DNA from: Squalus acanthias
Taxonomy: Eukaryota
Assembly: GCA_030390025.1 (NCBI GenBank)
Contig: CM059448.1
Span: 14,074,001-14,138,000, forward strand
DNA: 64,000 bases
Direction: 5' to 3'
Shown here: piece after piece, positions 24,431-37,714 of the stretch
Numbering within the stretch: position 1 is the stretch's first letter
How the letters are laid out: each line of letters opens with the position of its first letter
Translations under genes and position numbers: made by a program
Notes under the pieces: model-generated
What the model was told of the DNA's origin: nothing
Databases searched by the model: none
What the model saw: only the letters and a program-made list of their open reading frames with translations

Positions 24431-26390
24431 ACAACTAGCAGCATTTATATGGCATCTTTAACATGGAGCAACCTCCCAAGGTACTACACAGAGGCATAAT
24501 CAGAAAAAAAATGGACACCAAGCACAAGGTGAAAATAGTAGGAGGGGTGACCAAAAGGTTGGTCAAGGAGGTGGGTTCTAAGGAGGGTGTTAAAGGAGGA
24601 GAGGGTGGTAGAGAGGAAGAGGGGTTTAAGGAAGGGAATTCAAGAGTGTGGGGCCTATCCAGTTGAAGGCATGGCCACCAATGGTGGAGTTCACAAAGAT
24701 AGTTTGGGGGGGGGGGGGGGGGGGGGGGCGGTCGGGGCACGGTGGCTGAGGCAATGAAGGGATTTAAACATGAGGATGCAAATTTTATATGGTGGTGTAG
24801 GGGACTGGGAGCCAAAGTACGTCAGTGAGAACAGGGTTGATGGGTAATCGGCATTTGGTGTGGGATATGATACAGGCAGCAGAGTTGAGAATGAACTGAA
24901 GTTTACAGAGGGTGGAGGATGGGAGGCTGCCAGGAGAGCTTTGGAATTGTCACGTCAGGAGGTGACAAAGGCATGGTTGAGGGTTGCAGCAGCAGATAGG
25001 CTGACATAGATGCAGAGGCTTGTGACATTAGAGGTAGGAAAGGAAATCTGCCATCCTTACCCGGTCTGGCCTATATGCGACTCCAGAACCACAGCAATGT
25101 GGTTGCCTCTTAACTGCCCTCTGAAATAGCCTAGCAAGTTAATCAGTTGTATAAGGCGGCTCACCACCACCTTCGAGGGCAATTAGGGATGGGCAATAAA
25201 GGCTTGCCTCGTCAGTGACGCCCACATCCCTTGATTGAATAAAAAAAGGTAGAAATGGTGGTCTTTATGACGGACAGGATTTGGGTCACAAGTGCAGTAT
25301 GAGGTCAAATAGGATGCTAAGATTGCAAGCAGTCTGGGTCAGCCTGAGACAATGGCCAGGGACAGGGTTGGAATTGGTAGCAAAGGTACAGGATTTGTGA
25401 TAGGAGGCTAAAGATGCTGGCTTCAGTCTTCCTAAAACTTAAATTGGGGAAATTGCGGTTCATCCATGACTGGATGTCTGACAAGCCATCTGACAACACA
25501 GACACAATGGAGGGGCTGAGTCAGGTAGTGGAGAGGTAAAGCTGGGTGCCGTCTGCATACTTAGGTAATGGCGATGGGGGTAGAAGAGCAGCCATTGCTG
25601 GAGATGCTCTGGCTATGAACCAAACGAGGATAGTGCTCCAGAGATAGACAACGCAGGAGAAGCATTGGAGGAGGATGGTGTGGTTGACCATATCAAAGAT
25701 TACTGAGATGATGCACCAGTGTCATCATCACAGAGAATGCAATTTGTGACTTTGGTTAGTGTTGATTCAGTGCTGCGGCAGGGCCGGAAACTGATTGGAG
25801 AGATTCAAACATGGGTATGGATTTGGGAGATGGCAGCACATTCAAAGATTTGAGAGGAAAGGATAGTGTGCAAGGACAGAAGGGTTGAGGGCGTTTTTTT
25901 TTTTTGAGGGGGGGAGGACAGCAGTTTTGAAAGGAAGGGGGAACAGTACTCGAAGAGGGGGAGCCATTTACAATGCCCGCTAGCATGGAGCCGGGGAAGG
26001 GAAGTTGTTGGCCAGCAGTTTCATAGGAATGTGGTCAAGGAGAGGAGGTGGGTCTCAGGGACAAGAGGAGCTTGGAGAAAAAACGGGTTCAAGGCGAGAG
26101 CAGGGAGACGCCCAAGGGTATGCTTGGCTTGCTGGGCAAGGAGAAGGGGCGGTGGAAGCCACGGATGCAGCTGTAACGGATGGTCTCAATTTTAGTGACA
26201 AAAGTCATCCAAGAGCTCCTCGCACTTGCTGGACGTGAGAGTAGGCAGAGCAGGCAAGAGGGTTTAAAGAGACGGTTGATAATGCAGAAAAGAAGCGGAG
26301 GCTATCTTTGTTCTCCAGGACAATCCGGGAGTAGTGGGAAGTTTTGGCAGAAGTGAGGCCCGATAGCACTTGATGTGGTCCAGCCAAATC
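24431..26390 (-). mobile_element. Degenerate L2 LINE (3' part)
   Basis: LSDIQSWMNRNF.LN..KTE remnant; L2-type 3' tail. Confidence 0.8.
25040..25247 (+). mobile_element. Short retroposon nested in L2, sharing its 3' tail with the 61090 LINE family
   Basis: AAGGCGGCTCACCACCAC...GACGCCCACATCCC...AAAAAAA; possible AGGTAG target-site duplication. Confidence 0.75.
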
Positions 26391-26789
26391 TGCTGATAGA
26401 TGGTTAAATCAGTTGAGTGTTAAATGCACTAAAGTCTGCTTCCCTTGGATTTGATGGAGCAAAGGTGAACAGCTGACAGAACTTTAGAAGGGGAAGATCC
26501 TGACTGACCGACCTCATTGTCTTTGAGTAAGTGAAACCCCAAGTGGACAATAATTTGTATTTATATAGTGCCCTTAATGTAGAAATATGCCCCAAGGCAC
26601 TTCACAGAGGTGTAATCTTACAAAAATCAATGGAAAACCATATAGCTCATATTTCCAAGAAGCTTTCAATAAGGTTTCTCATAAAAGAGGCTGCCATTGA
26701 AACTAACAGCAGTGGGAATTCAAGGCAAGACATGGATGTGGATAAGGAATTGGCTGAACAAAAGAAATTAGTGAGTAATTCCCAAGGGA

Positions 26790-27660
26790 ATGTGCATATT
26801 GAGTAGAGTGTGCCAGGGATTGGTGCTGGAGCTCCTGCTGCTCTTAAACTATATTAAATGACTTGGATTCAGAAACCCAATGCAAACTGATTACATTGAC
26901 AGATGATACTAAACTGAGGAATTGGGGTGGGGGGGGGGGGAAGAGATGAGAAAGGCTATCAAGTCACAGCTGCCAAAAAGAGTTAGATAAAATCTTATGA
27001 ATAGATAGCCATGAAATTAAACACAGAAGTGCAAGGTACTATACATTAGAAGAAAAAACAGTGTCAAAGTATATTATGAATGATGCAAGAATAGCCAACG
27101 ATGAATAGAAGGGAATTTGGAGGTGCTGATGGATTCAGGTCTTGATAACATCAAATTGTTGTGGAGCAACAATAGAGTGAACAGATTATGTTGCTAGATC
27201 AGAACAGTGCAAGTCAGGAACTGCACTGTACCATGGTCAGACTGCACATTGATTACTATGTTTAGTTTTGGTCACCAAGACACAAGAAAAACATTCCAAG
27301 CCATGGAAGGTGCTGCAGAATCAGGGGTTAACCTCTTGGTGTCTAAGGACTCAGTTAAGAGGAAAGCTGGACACTATGTTTGAAAGGAGATTACTGAGAG
27401 AGGATCTTATAAAAATATAAGAGATAGGATACGCTAAATGTGATGAAAAGAAAATTTAGGACAAATCTCAGGAAGAACTTCAAGCAAAGAGTGATCAACG
27501 TTGGAGCAGTCTTTTGGGTCGGGTTGGGAAGGCAAAAAACTTTAGATTCAATCAAGATACAGTTCGAGGATGTGATGGGGAAAGGCAAAGTTTAAAAAAA
27601 ATTCTGGATGGATGAGCCAAAATGAGTTTAATGGACTCCCTCAATTGCATTTATCTTGTA
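26790..27660 (+). mobile_element. Highly decayed CR1 fragment
   Basis: Remnants IND.LD, DDTKL, VR.H.DY.V.FWSP, F.QRV. Confidence 0.65.
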
Positions 27661-29076
27661 ATCTTGCATAACTGGACACAAAAACACTGCATCCTTCCTT
27701 TGAAATATTGAATTACCCAGTTAGCTTACAACATGCAGTTAGCACCTTACAGCATCTGTAAACAGACATTCACCAACCTGGAATACAGAACATTCTAAAA
27801 CTACAATTAAGCAAACAGATGGACGTTAAAAGGACTCTTGATGCTGGCTCTCCTGTATCTAATTTGTCCGACAGACCTCACTAATTCAAGTAGATGGGCT
27901 GAGGTTGCTAATTACAGAAAGCTGAACATTTGAAATTTCAGGCTGTCCAAGAATATTTGTATCTTTGCTACTAATTAAAAACTACCTTCAGCAATAAGAC
28001 ATTGTAAAACCCTGATTGCTTTTAAAAATTCAACATAAACAGTGCTTGCAGCTGCTTTTATTTTTAGAGCAGCTCCTAGTTTATTATTTTTAGAGCAGTA
28101 TTTGATTATTAAAATTTACTACTTTGGGGAAAATCATCTTTGTAGTCATAAGATTCTAGAAAAAGATACGTGTATTTTGAAAGCTGTATAGGTCATTCAA
28201 TACTCCAAGGATTGAAGAAAAAATGAAATATTAAACCTAAATATATTGAAAGCATAAACTGTAAAGCTGAAAGCAGAACATTAAAGATTCATAAAAAGAA
28301 CTTGTTTTTCTAAAGCACTGTGATTTACGACTTTCAATTTGAAAATAGTTATAAACAGAATATACAAAAGCCATAGCATTTGTTGTATGTCACTTCAATC
28401 TTTATCCCTATAATACATTGCACCTTCAAACGTTCCAGAAATCATTTACTGGGAGTCATCTGTAAATGTTTAAACTTCACTAACATTTTACTTGGAGCAA
28501 AGGGAAATTTTGGGTGCAACGTAGCCAACTACCCAAATGATGAACAGAAATAAATGATATAGTTTGCTGTCAGTAATATACTGAAGTACAAAAACAGGGC
28601 AGCTACAGCATATCCTCCTCTGACCACTTCTACACCAACCCCTCATTCCAACAGTTAGCTCTCCACTCGGTTATTATTTACCTCCTCAAAAGCTGCCACT
28701 ACCATTCTCAGGGCCACTACTACCTCTCCCACTCAAAGACAATCAGTGCCAATAACTTGAAGTTGCTTGCTGCAGAGACATTGGCTGGTATTTTCCCTAC
28801 CTGGGCGGGTTTGGTGCGGATGGCCGCCACAACGGATCACGAGCCTGTTGCTGGTTCCATCCCGCTCCACAAAACAACTTAACGTTAATAGGGCCTATTA
28901 AGCCCGCCCTGCGCGTTACCCAGCCCAATTAAATGGTGCGGGTCTGGTGACATCATCAATGACGCGTTTTCAGCCGGGATATTTAAAAGAGCCATGGCCA
29001 CATTGCATTTGAAGGTTCATCCAGGATAGGGCAGTCAGTGCACTGCACAACTCCACTGCTGCCCAGACCGGCAAAG

Positions 29077-30842
29077 ATGACTGCACACAGGCAGAGGCCT
29101 GCACCCAGATTCTTCGATGACTCCCTCCATATGCTTGTGGAGGGAATCAGAGCACGCAGGGAGGTCCTCTTCCCTGCTGATGGCTGGAAGAGACCTCCTG
29201 AGTAGACCAAGACAGCATGGCTCCAAATTGCAGAGAGGTCAACAGCACGGATGTCGTCAGGAGGACCTGGGTGCAGTGTCGCAAGTGTTTCAATTATCTT
29301 GTTCAATCAGGAAAGGTCCTGCACATCCTTACTCTCACCAACATACCTTGCACCTCCACCCATCCCTCTCTCTTTCTCTATCTACATTATCATATCCCCA
29401 TCTTACTAGCCACCCCTCACACTCACCCTCATCCTAGCGCAATCATAACTAACAATACATAAAGTCACTTAGATTGCCATCCCGCTCCATCATAGTCACC
29501 CTCTACAGATGTTAGCCATCCATTCCTTACACTCATTCCATCACTCCAACTCAACCTTCCTTCCCCCCTCGCAGGAAAAGAGCCCACAATAAGAGGGAGG
29601 GAGAGAACTGGCAGTTGAACCCCATCAACAGCTATCCTCAACAGCAGAGGAGGCTGCATTAGAGCTGTCGGGAGTCGCAGAGCACCTGGAGGTGGGAGAC
29701 GGAGAAAGGGAGACATCTCAGCAACCTGGTGACAGAATGACATATCAAACAACTACATGGCATTCATCAGTCACTCATATGGGGACTGATGTCAGCAGCC
29801 ATTGAATGATCATGTGCATAATGGTATCTGTACCCACTCTACATATGACGTATCTACTCTCCCACAGGTCCATCAAGAGCACCGCCCTCCTCATTGTCCA
29901 GGAGCAAGAGGAAGACGACTCCTCAGAGGAGCCTCCAGCCTCTGAGGGCGCACCGTCACCAGACAGAAGCGCACCCAGCACCAGCGCAGAGATGCACACT
30001 GTGGTGGGTCCCTCGCGAGATAGAGTAGTGTAGTCACCGGGTCTGTCACAAGTCAGCAACAGCAGATGGTGAAGACAGAGACAGCAGTGGAGACTCCTCG
30101 TCGGAGGGCGCAGGACTCTCCCAGCTCTACTCAGCTGCATGCAGACGCTGAGCCTTGGGGGCCATCCTGGAGCTGCAGGAACAAGTGCAGGAGGCTCTGA
30201 CAGGTTTTGCGAGTGCGATGTCTGCAAATGTTCAGAAAATGGAGGAGTCCATCTCTAACATGAGCAACACCGTGTCACAGGTGATGGCGACTGTAGGCTC
30301 CTCCATGAATAGGATGGCCACCTACATGGAGCAGCTAATGCGCCACTCACAGGAGCACATGGTCTCTATGGAGCATAGATGGCTATCTATGGAGAATAGA
30401 TGGCAGAGGCTCATAGGCCTCCTCTCTACGAGGGTTGTCAGAGGTAGACGTGGGTCATCATGGCCCCACTGATGTGCAGCAAGGTGCTCTCCAGCTCCTT
30501 GCTAGCAGGGAAGTGCAGGTGGCCCATGAGAGGGATGATGGAGAGAGGGGACATGGAAGTGGGCACTCCTCTCAAAGCACTCACACTTCTCCCTCATTGC
30601 TACCCCCTCAGTCAGAGCCCCAGATGCCTCCCTGAACAGAGACGGCAGAGTCTGCCCCTGCACAGTCGCAGGAGGAGCAGACTTTGGCGGGGCCATCACA
30701 GGCTCCAAAACCCAGAGGACAACTGCCAAAGGTGTCTAAGCAGTCGCAACAGGGAAGTGAACAGGCTGCTTCTACCTCTGCTGGAGCAACAAGGGTAGCA
30801 CCACGTAGAAGCACACGGAAGAGAAAGATGCCACACAAGTAG
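29077..30842 (+). pseudogene. Harbinger Myb/SANT-like DNA-binding protein, spliced and disrupted
   Basis: MTAHRQRPAPRFFDDSLHMLVEGIRARREVLFP...W..IA..VNS..VVRRTWVQCRKCFN; in-frame stop and frameshifts; probable introns near 29316-29574 and 29729-29867; basic RRSTRKRK end. Confidence 0.8.
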
Positions 30843-31140
30843 ATTCACAAGGGTAGCCACTTGGGTGTTTTATTCAATGTTAATGTGGAGTTTCAGTTAA
30901 TGTCATGTGAACCATAAATGTATTTATTTTCAAAACTTTTCAGTCTTGGAAAAATTTGTGCACACCTTTGGAAGTGGCTTAGTTAGTTGGAGTGAAGGGT
31001 CAGACATAACGTCACCCCCAGCAATGGTGGTGACTGTGAAAGGAATGGATTAGTCATTGCAGGGATGCTTTATGGTGTGGCTGCGGGGTGTTGCCAACCT
31101 GGCGATGCATGTGGCAGCCATATGGGTTTACTGCATAAAG

Positions 31141-33022
31141 TTAAGTAAATCTGGCCATGATGGTGCAGCAGGCGGTGAAGGCGGCAAATGGTATGTTGGC
31201 CTTCATAGTGAAAGGGTTTGAGTATAGGAATAGGGATGTCCTGCTGCAGTTGTACAGGGCCTTGGTGAGACCACACCTTGAGTACTGTGTGCAGTTTTGG
31301 TTGCCTTATCTGAGGAAGGATGTTCTTGCCATGGAAGGAGTTCAGCGAAGATTCACAAGGCTGATACCTGGGATGGCAGGAATGACATATGAGGAGAGAT
31401 TGGGTCGATTGGGCTTATACTCGCTGGAGTATAGAAGAATGAGAGGGGATCTCATCGAAACATATAAAATTCTGACAGGTCTGGACAAACTAGATGCAGG
31501 AAGAATGTTCCCGATGGTCGGAGAGTCCAGAACCAGGGGTCATAATCTAAGGATAAGGGGTAAGCCATTTAGGACAGAAATGAGGAAGAATTTCTTCACC
31601 CAGAGAGTGGTGAACCTGTGGAATTCTCTACCACAGAAGGTAGTTGAGGCCAAGTCATTAAATATATTCAAGCATGAGTTAGATATATTTCTTAAAGCTA
31701 AAGGTATCAAGGGATATGGGGAGAAGGCAGGTACAGGGTACTGAGTTTGGATGATCAGCCATGATCTCATCGAATGGCGGAGCAGGCTCGAGGTGCCGAA
31801 TGGCCTACTCCTGCTCCTATCTTCTATGTTTCTATGAGGCCATCCCTGGCCTCCCGGGCAGCAATGTGCTCGAGTGCTGGTGCCATCTGCACCGCAGGTT
31901 CCTCCAGCTCTTGTTCCTGCTCCTCCAAAGAGACTGTGCGCTCAGTGCATTGCTCCTCGTGCAGTGCTAATCCTCGCTGCTGCGCTATGTTGTGCAGGGC
32001 GCAGCAGACCACGATGATTCTGGAGACCCTGGCTGGTGCGTACTGAAAGGCTCCTCCAGATCTGTTGAGGCATCTGAAGCGCATTTTGAGCGTGCCTATT
32101 GTTTGCTCTATGACACATCTGGTGGAGACCTGACTTTCATTATATCACTCCTTGGCCTCAGTACCTGGCCTTCTCAAGAGTGTCATGAGCCACGTCTTCA
32201 GTGGATAGCCCTAGTCTCCAAGCAGCCAGTCGGAAAGTCTGTTTGGAGGTACAAAGAGCTGAGGAAGGCTGGACTGGCGAAGGACGAACGAGTCATGGCA
32301 GCTGCCAGGGAATTTTGCGCACACATGCATGATGATCTTCCTATGGTTGCAGATGAGCTGCACATTGAGGGAGCGGAAGCCCTTGTGGTTGACAAAGACT
32401 TCTGGGTTATGATGGAGTGCCCTGATGGCCATGTGTGCAGTCGATGACGCCCTGCACCTGTGGGAAGCCAGCCAGAGTGGCAAAGCCGAGTTCCTGCTCA
32501 GTAACACTGGCTTCATCAGTGGCAAAGTTGATATAATTGGCTGACTTGTCAAAGAGGGCATCGGTGACCTGTGTGATGCATCTGTGGGCAGCTGACTGCG
32601 AGATGCCGCAAATGTCTGCTGCAGATCTCTGGAAGCAGCCGGAGGTGAAGAAGTTGAGGGCGCTAGTGACTTTGATAGCCACTGGAAAGGCGTGTCCACC
32701 TGCTCCTCTGGGCTGCAGGTCTTGCTCCAGCAATGTGCAAATGTCTGCGATGACCTGGCACGATAGCCTGAGCCTCCTTTGGCACTGCTGCTCAGTTATG
32801 TTGAGGAAGCTCATCCTCTGCCTATATACCGTGTTGGGGATATCGCCTCCGCGCAGTGCAGCCCTGCGCTGATGCCCTCTGTCCTGTGGAGCATCAGGGC
32901 GTTGAGAAGGTTGGTGGTGGTGTTGGTGCTACTGGCGTGCCTGGTGCTGCTGATGTTGGGGGCTCATCGTGGTCAGATTTGGAGGACCAAGGTGAGACAG
33001 CATAAATGGCATCCATGCTCAT
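31141..33022 (-). pseudogene. HARBI1-like DDE transposase of the Harbinger element, frameshifted and CR1-interrupted
   Basis: [64 protein letters not shown]; C-terminus GLIMARFT* split by CR1. Confidence 0.92.
31163..31833 (+). mobile_element. CR1 3' fragment nested in the transposase gene
   Basis: Open ORF2 C-terminus (LVRPHLEYCVQFW, RRMRGDLIETYKI, FFTQRVVNLWNSLP), 3' UTR and TTCTATGT-type tail. Confidence 0.95.
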
Positions 33023-33719
33023 GGAATAGATGGCAGATCAAGTAGAGTTGACAGAAGCAATCGGTCAATGGTGAGAGGTGCTCTTCCAATGAGGTACACT
33101 GGATGGAGATTTTGATGGAAAGACTTGCAGCCTGCAGAAAACTCAATCTGTGCTGGGAATGCAGTGAGCAACAGCTTCTGCCTGAGGAAAGTGATCAGCT
33201 GTCAGGTGGGAGCTTTTATACTGCATTCAACTAATCAGCTGGATCAATGGCCACTGAACTCCCGCCTCAGGTTGACAGACGTGAGTCCCATGGGCATGCA
33301 GGGAAATTTGAAATGTAGGGGAAAAAGGCCCTTAACGGTCTGAAAACAAGCGTTTGATTTCAATTAGGTCGCCTGCCTCTGCCGGTCTGGTCGCTGCCAC
33401 ACCGGCAAACGCGCCCAAGAGAAAGGCGCGTGGGGGCAGGATGACGGAGGGTTCCTGGCCCGTTCCGACTTTTTTCAAATTTCCCAACCGACCCACCTCC
33501 ATTCCCGCCCGCACGGACCCCAGAAAATTCCGGCCATTATACTCCTAGTAGCTGGATGAGATAACAGTTTGGATAGGAAAACAAAAATATCTATTAAAAT
33601 CTTCCCTAACTTCCTACCTACACTCTTACCTCTCCTCCTTTCACTCATGATGTACTGCTCAATAGGCAGCAGAGGCCCTCCCAGTAACTATTTATTCTTC
33701 ATCAGTGAGCATCAGTAGT

Positions 33720-33950
33720 CCAGTTGATCAGGGAAGTCTGTGCTGAACTGGATTGTAGTCTTCAGTGTGCAACGAAGAGGGGAAAAACTGCCTCTCAGCC
33801 CAGCCTTCAGCCTCTCTAACTTGGTTCATTGAGGCCAGCTGTAGTCCCTCTACTACATCTCCAGCTGAGATCATATAACTTAGTAAAGACTGGGCATCAA
33901 ACCTGGGATCATCTTGATCTGAATGGCTCCATATCACATGGTGTATTTAC
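33720..33950 (-). mobile_element. Old tRNA-head SINE-like fragment
   Basis: Reverse complement resembles 42945 and 44345 (CCAGGTTTGAT..CAGTCT..CT.AGTTA). Confidence 0.5.
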
Positions 33951-34440
33951 CCACAAAGCTATCTTAAATTTCAAAGATAAACAGGTCTGTTATTATGCTG
34001 TTCTCTGCGGGATCTTTCTGTACTAAAAGTGGCTGCTGCGTTTGCTTACGTAAGTGACTGAAAATCTAAAATAATCCATCGTGTGTGAATTACCTGGAGA
34101 TATTACACTATAGAAGTGGATGCCTTTCTTTATCTTCCTTGCTAGCACATGCACCGAATGACAAAATTATGGAGTGGTCATTACAGTGGAGTCACTTCAA
34201 GGGAGATTTTAAAATCAAGGTGATGACATCCATGGTGGATAATAGATTTTACACCCTATCCCCCAAAACAATAATTTTAGGAAATAAACTCTAGTATTAG
34301 AGTAAAGTTTTCTCCCTCACCCTCCCTCCCTCCCCAACTTCCCTCATTTCCCTCCCCTCCCACAAACACAGAATGTGTTAAACAGGATGGTCATTAGAAA
34401 TTTGGAGCAGCAAAACAGAACAATCAGACTCCACTTTGCA

Positions 34441-34612
34441 GCAGAATATTTTTAAGGCAGAGGTAGATAGATTCTTGGTAAGCAAGGGGGTGAAAAGTTA
34501 TCAGGGGTAGGCGGGAATGTGGAGTAATCGGATCAGCCATGATCTTATTGAATGGCGGAGCAGGCTCGAGGGGCCGAGTGGCCGACTCCTGCTCCTAATT
34601 CGTATGTTCATA
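34441..34612 (+). mobile_element. CR1 3' end
   Basis: GATCAGCCATGATCTTATTGAATGGCGGAGCAGGCTCGAGGGGCCG...CCTGCTCCTA. Confidence 0.88.
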
Positions 34613-35827
34613 AGATGGCACAATACTAAGGGAGCTATTTTGAGGTTTTAACTACTCAACCTCTAGCTTCTATTGGAATTTATGTGCACTGAAGTGGAAT
34701 GCAAAAATGCCCTTGCACACTTGTTGGATATTCGTTCTCTTGAGGATTAGGCCGCTCATATTTTATTGTTTTAAGCGTTCCTGAGCCAGGCCTTTGTTTT
34801 TTTTTGAAGACTAATCAAGTTCAAACATCAGCATATTTTTGACTTGGCAACTGAAGTGACAAGACCCCATGGTTTGAATTTTTGTGGGAAAGACATGTAG
34901 TCGATTCTAAGAATTGTATGAAACTTTTGTATTTTGCTGCAGTATATCTGAAGAAACACAAAGGTCAAACACACATTCATTTCTCATGGTCTACTTCCTG
35001 TTAAGAATTCAGCAGCAATATACTTACACTGAAATATTGCCAGATACCAAATGAAGGCGATATAAACTTGCAAAATAAATTTATATTTAAAAAAAGTGCC
35101 AAATCTGGAGAGCAGCTAAAAATTACACCTTCCCAGCACACAAACTTTTCATAGTCAAGTAGATAAATGAAATGGGAAAAACAAAATTAAGACTGTGAGC
35201 TATGTACTGTAATGGACAGCTTTGGCTATCCTACTGAAACTGCTTTGACATTCAACAGAAACATTAGGAACAATTTTTTTTGGTTGTAAGCAACTGTAAA
35301 AGGCCATAAACAACTGCAACTTGATAAAGGCTGTGGCCGTTGATTGCTAATTTGTCATATGGGTCTGCACAGTTCCCGTGTTGTGAGGAAACTTTTAGTA
35401 CCACCATCTCACTTCCTCCTAGAAAGACGAATAAGGGCAAAGGGGCTCAAACAAGTTTGGCGACATCAAGATAAAACATAGTCTGAAGCAACCTTGTTAG
35501 GGTGAGCTAGTGGCCCAGCTTGCTGTAACATGCAGCTTTGCACCCGTGAGTCTGAACACAGGAACATCCCAGTCTCGACTGGACTGTCAGGAGGAGGGCC
35601 CAAGCAAAGATAATCAGAATCACAAGAGCTCACTCTCACGCACCTTCCTAATGATCAGTTTCACTAACAGTATGCTGCGGGAAGAGCAAAACAAAAAAAC
35701 TTCAAAGAAACACAGCCCCGTCAAGTATTTGAGAACAGTGAACAGGCGAACGTTTCTCTTTTCTCCTTTACCCAACATTCATTCTTTCCTGTTATGTACA
35801 CAATATTATACACATCTATACCTTTAC

Positions 35828-37546
35828 ACATAAGAACATAAGAAATAGGAGCAGGAGTCGGCCATTCGCCCCCTCAAGCCTGCTCCACCTTTCAATAAGA
35901 TCATGGCTGATTTTCTACCTCAACTCCACTTTCCTGCACTATCCCCCATATCCCCGAAGTCCCTTAATATCCAATAATCTATCAATCTTGGTCTTGAATA
36001 TACTCAACGACTGAGCCTCCAAGCCCTCTGGGGTAGACAATTCCAAAGATTCACCACCCTGAGGGAAGAAATGTCTCCTCATCTCAGTCCTAAATGGCCA
36101 ACCCCTTATTCTGAGACTGTGACCCCTGGTTCTAGACTCCCCAGCCAGGGGAAACATCCTCCCTGCATCTACCCTGTCAAGCCCTGTAAGAATTTTGTAT
36201 GTTTCAATGAGATCACCTCTCATTCTTCTAAACTGCAGAGAATATAGGCCTAGTCTACTCAATCTCTCCTCACAGGAATCAGTCTGGTGAACCTTCGTTG
36301 CACTCCCTCTATGGCAAGTATATCCTTCCTTAGGTAAGGAGACCAAAACTGTACACAATACTCCAGGTGTGGTCTCACCAGGGCCCTATATAATTGCAGT
36401 AAGACGTCTTTACTCTTATACTCAAATCCTCTTGTAATAAAGGCCAACATACCATTTTGTTTCCTAATTGCTTGCTGTTCCTGCATGTTAACTTTCAGTG
36501 ATTCGTGTACAAGGACACTCAGGTCCCTCTGAACACCAACATTTCCCAATCTCTCACCATTTAAAAAATATTGTTTTTCTATTTTCCTACCAAAGTGGGT
36601 AACTTCACATTTCTCCACATTATATTCCAGTTGCCATGATCTTGCCCACTCACCTAGCCTGTCTATATCCACTTGAAGCCTCTTTGCATCCTCCTCACTA
36701 CTTACATTCTCACCTAGCTTTGTATCATCAGCAAACTTGGATATATTACATTTGGTCCCCTCATCCAAATCATTGATATAGATTGTGAATAGCTGAGGCC
36801 CAAGCACTGATCCTTGCGGTACCCAACTAGTTACAGTCTGCCAACCCGAAAATGACCAGTTTATTCCTACTCTCTGTTTTTTGTCCTTTAACCAATTCTC
36901 AATCCATGCTAGTATATTACCCCCAATCCCAGGAGCCCTAATTTTGTTTAATAACCTCGTGTGGCACCTTATCGAATGCCTTCTGAAAATCCAAATACAC
37001 CACATCCACTGGTTCCCCCTTATCTATGCTGCTAGTTACAACCTCAAAGCAGATTCGTCAAACATGATTTGTCTTTCATAAATCCGTGCTGGCTGCCAAA
37101 TCCCATTATTATTTTCTAAATGCCCTGTTACCACATCCTTAATAGATTCTAGCATTTTTCCTACTACTGAGGTCAGGCTAACTGGTCTGTAGTTTCCAGT
37201 TTTCTCTCTCCCTCCTTTCTTAAATTGTGGGGTTACATTTGGTATCTTCCAATCCATGGGAACCGTTCTAGAAGCTATGGAATTTTGGAAGATGATAACC
37301 AATACATCCACTATCTCTATAGCCACCTCTTAAAACCCTAGGATGTAGGCCATCAGGTCCAGGGGATTTATCGGCTTTCATTCCCATTAATTTCTCCAGT
37401 ACTTTTTTTTTTACTAATACTAATTTCTTTCAGTTCCTCATTCTCGCTAGACCCTTGGTTCTCCACTATTTCCGTGAGGTTTTTTGCGTCTTCTTCCGTG
37501 AAGACAGACACAAAGTATGTGTTTTATTTCTCTGCCAATTCCTTAT
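35828..37546 (-). mobile_element. CR1 LINE, 5'-truncated, frameshifted RT
   Basis: VPQGSVLGPQLFTIYINDLD...KFADDTKL; 3' UTR and (CATAAGAA)2 tail as read on +. Confidence 0.96.
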
Positions 37547-37616
37547 GCATTATTTTAGACATGGTAAACACAAGCAAAAACATATATTTAAAGGACACTC
37601 TTGTATTCCAACATAC

Positions 37617-37714
37617 CTGGTTCCTAGTTGCTGAATATTCTGGATTGACTGGAAGAAAGGGCACAGCACTGCGCTCGGTTACTAACGTGCTATGGTTCTG
37701 GGTGGCCAGCCACA
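37617..37714 (-). CDS. GIT1: GIT1 exon VWLATQNHSTLVTERSAVPFLPVNPEYSATRNQ
   Basis: ttgcag|TGTGG...AACCAG|gtatgt; 98 nt, phase 1/0; matches mammalian GIT1 as I recall it. Confidence 0.97.

Larger units (their letters stand above)
28783..33535. mobile_element. Decayed autonomous-type Harbinger/PIF DNA transposon
   Basis: TIRs GGCTGGTATTTTC / GAAAATTCCGGCC; ATT on both flanks; convergent Myb/SANT and DDE transposase genes. Confidence 0.92.

Noticed and set aside
31157-31744. 195-aa ORF as a novel gene
   Set aside because: CR1 ORF2 C-terminus; its ATG comes by chance from the insertion site
32211-32814. Domesticated host HARBI1 gene
   Set aside because: Frameshifted, CR1-interrupted and enclosed by TIRs with a Myb partner, so it is a transposon copy
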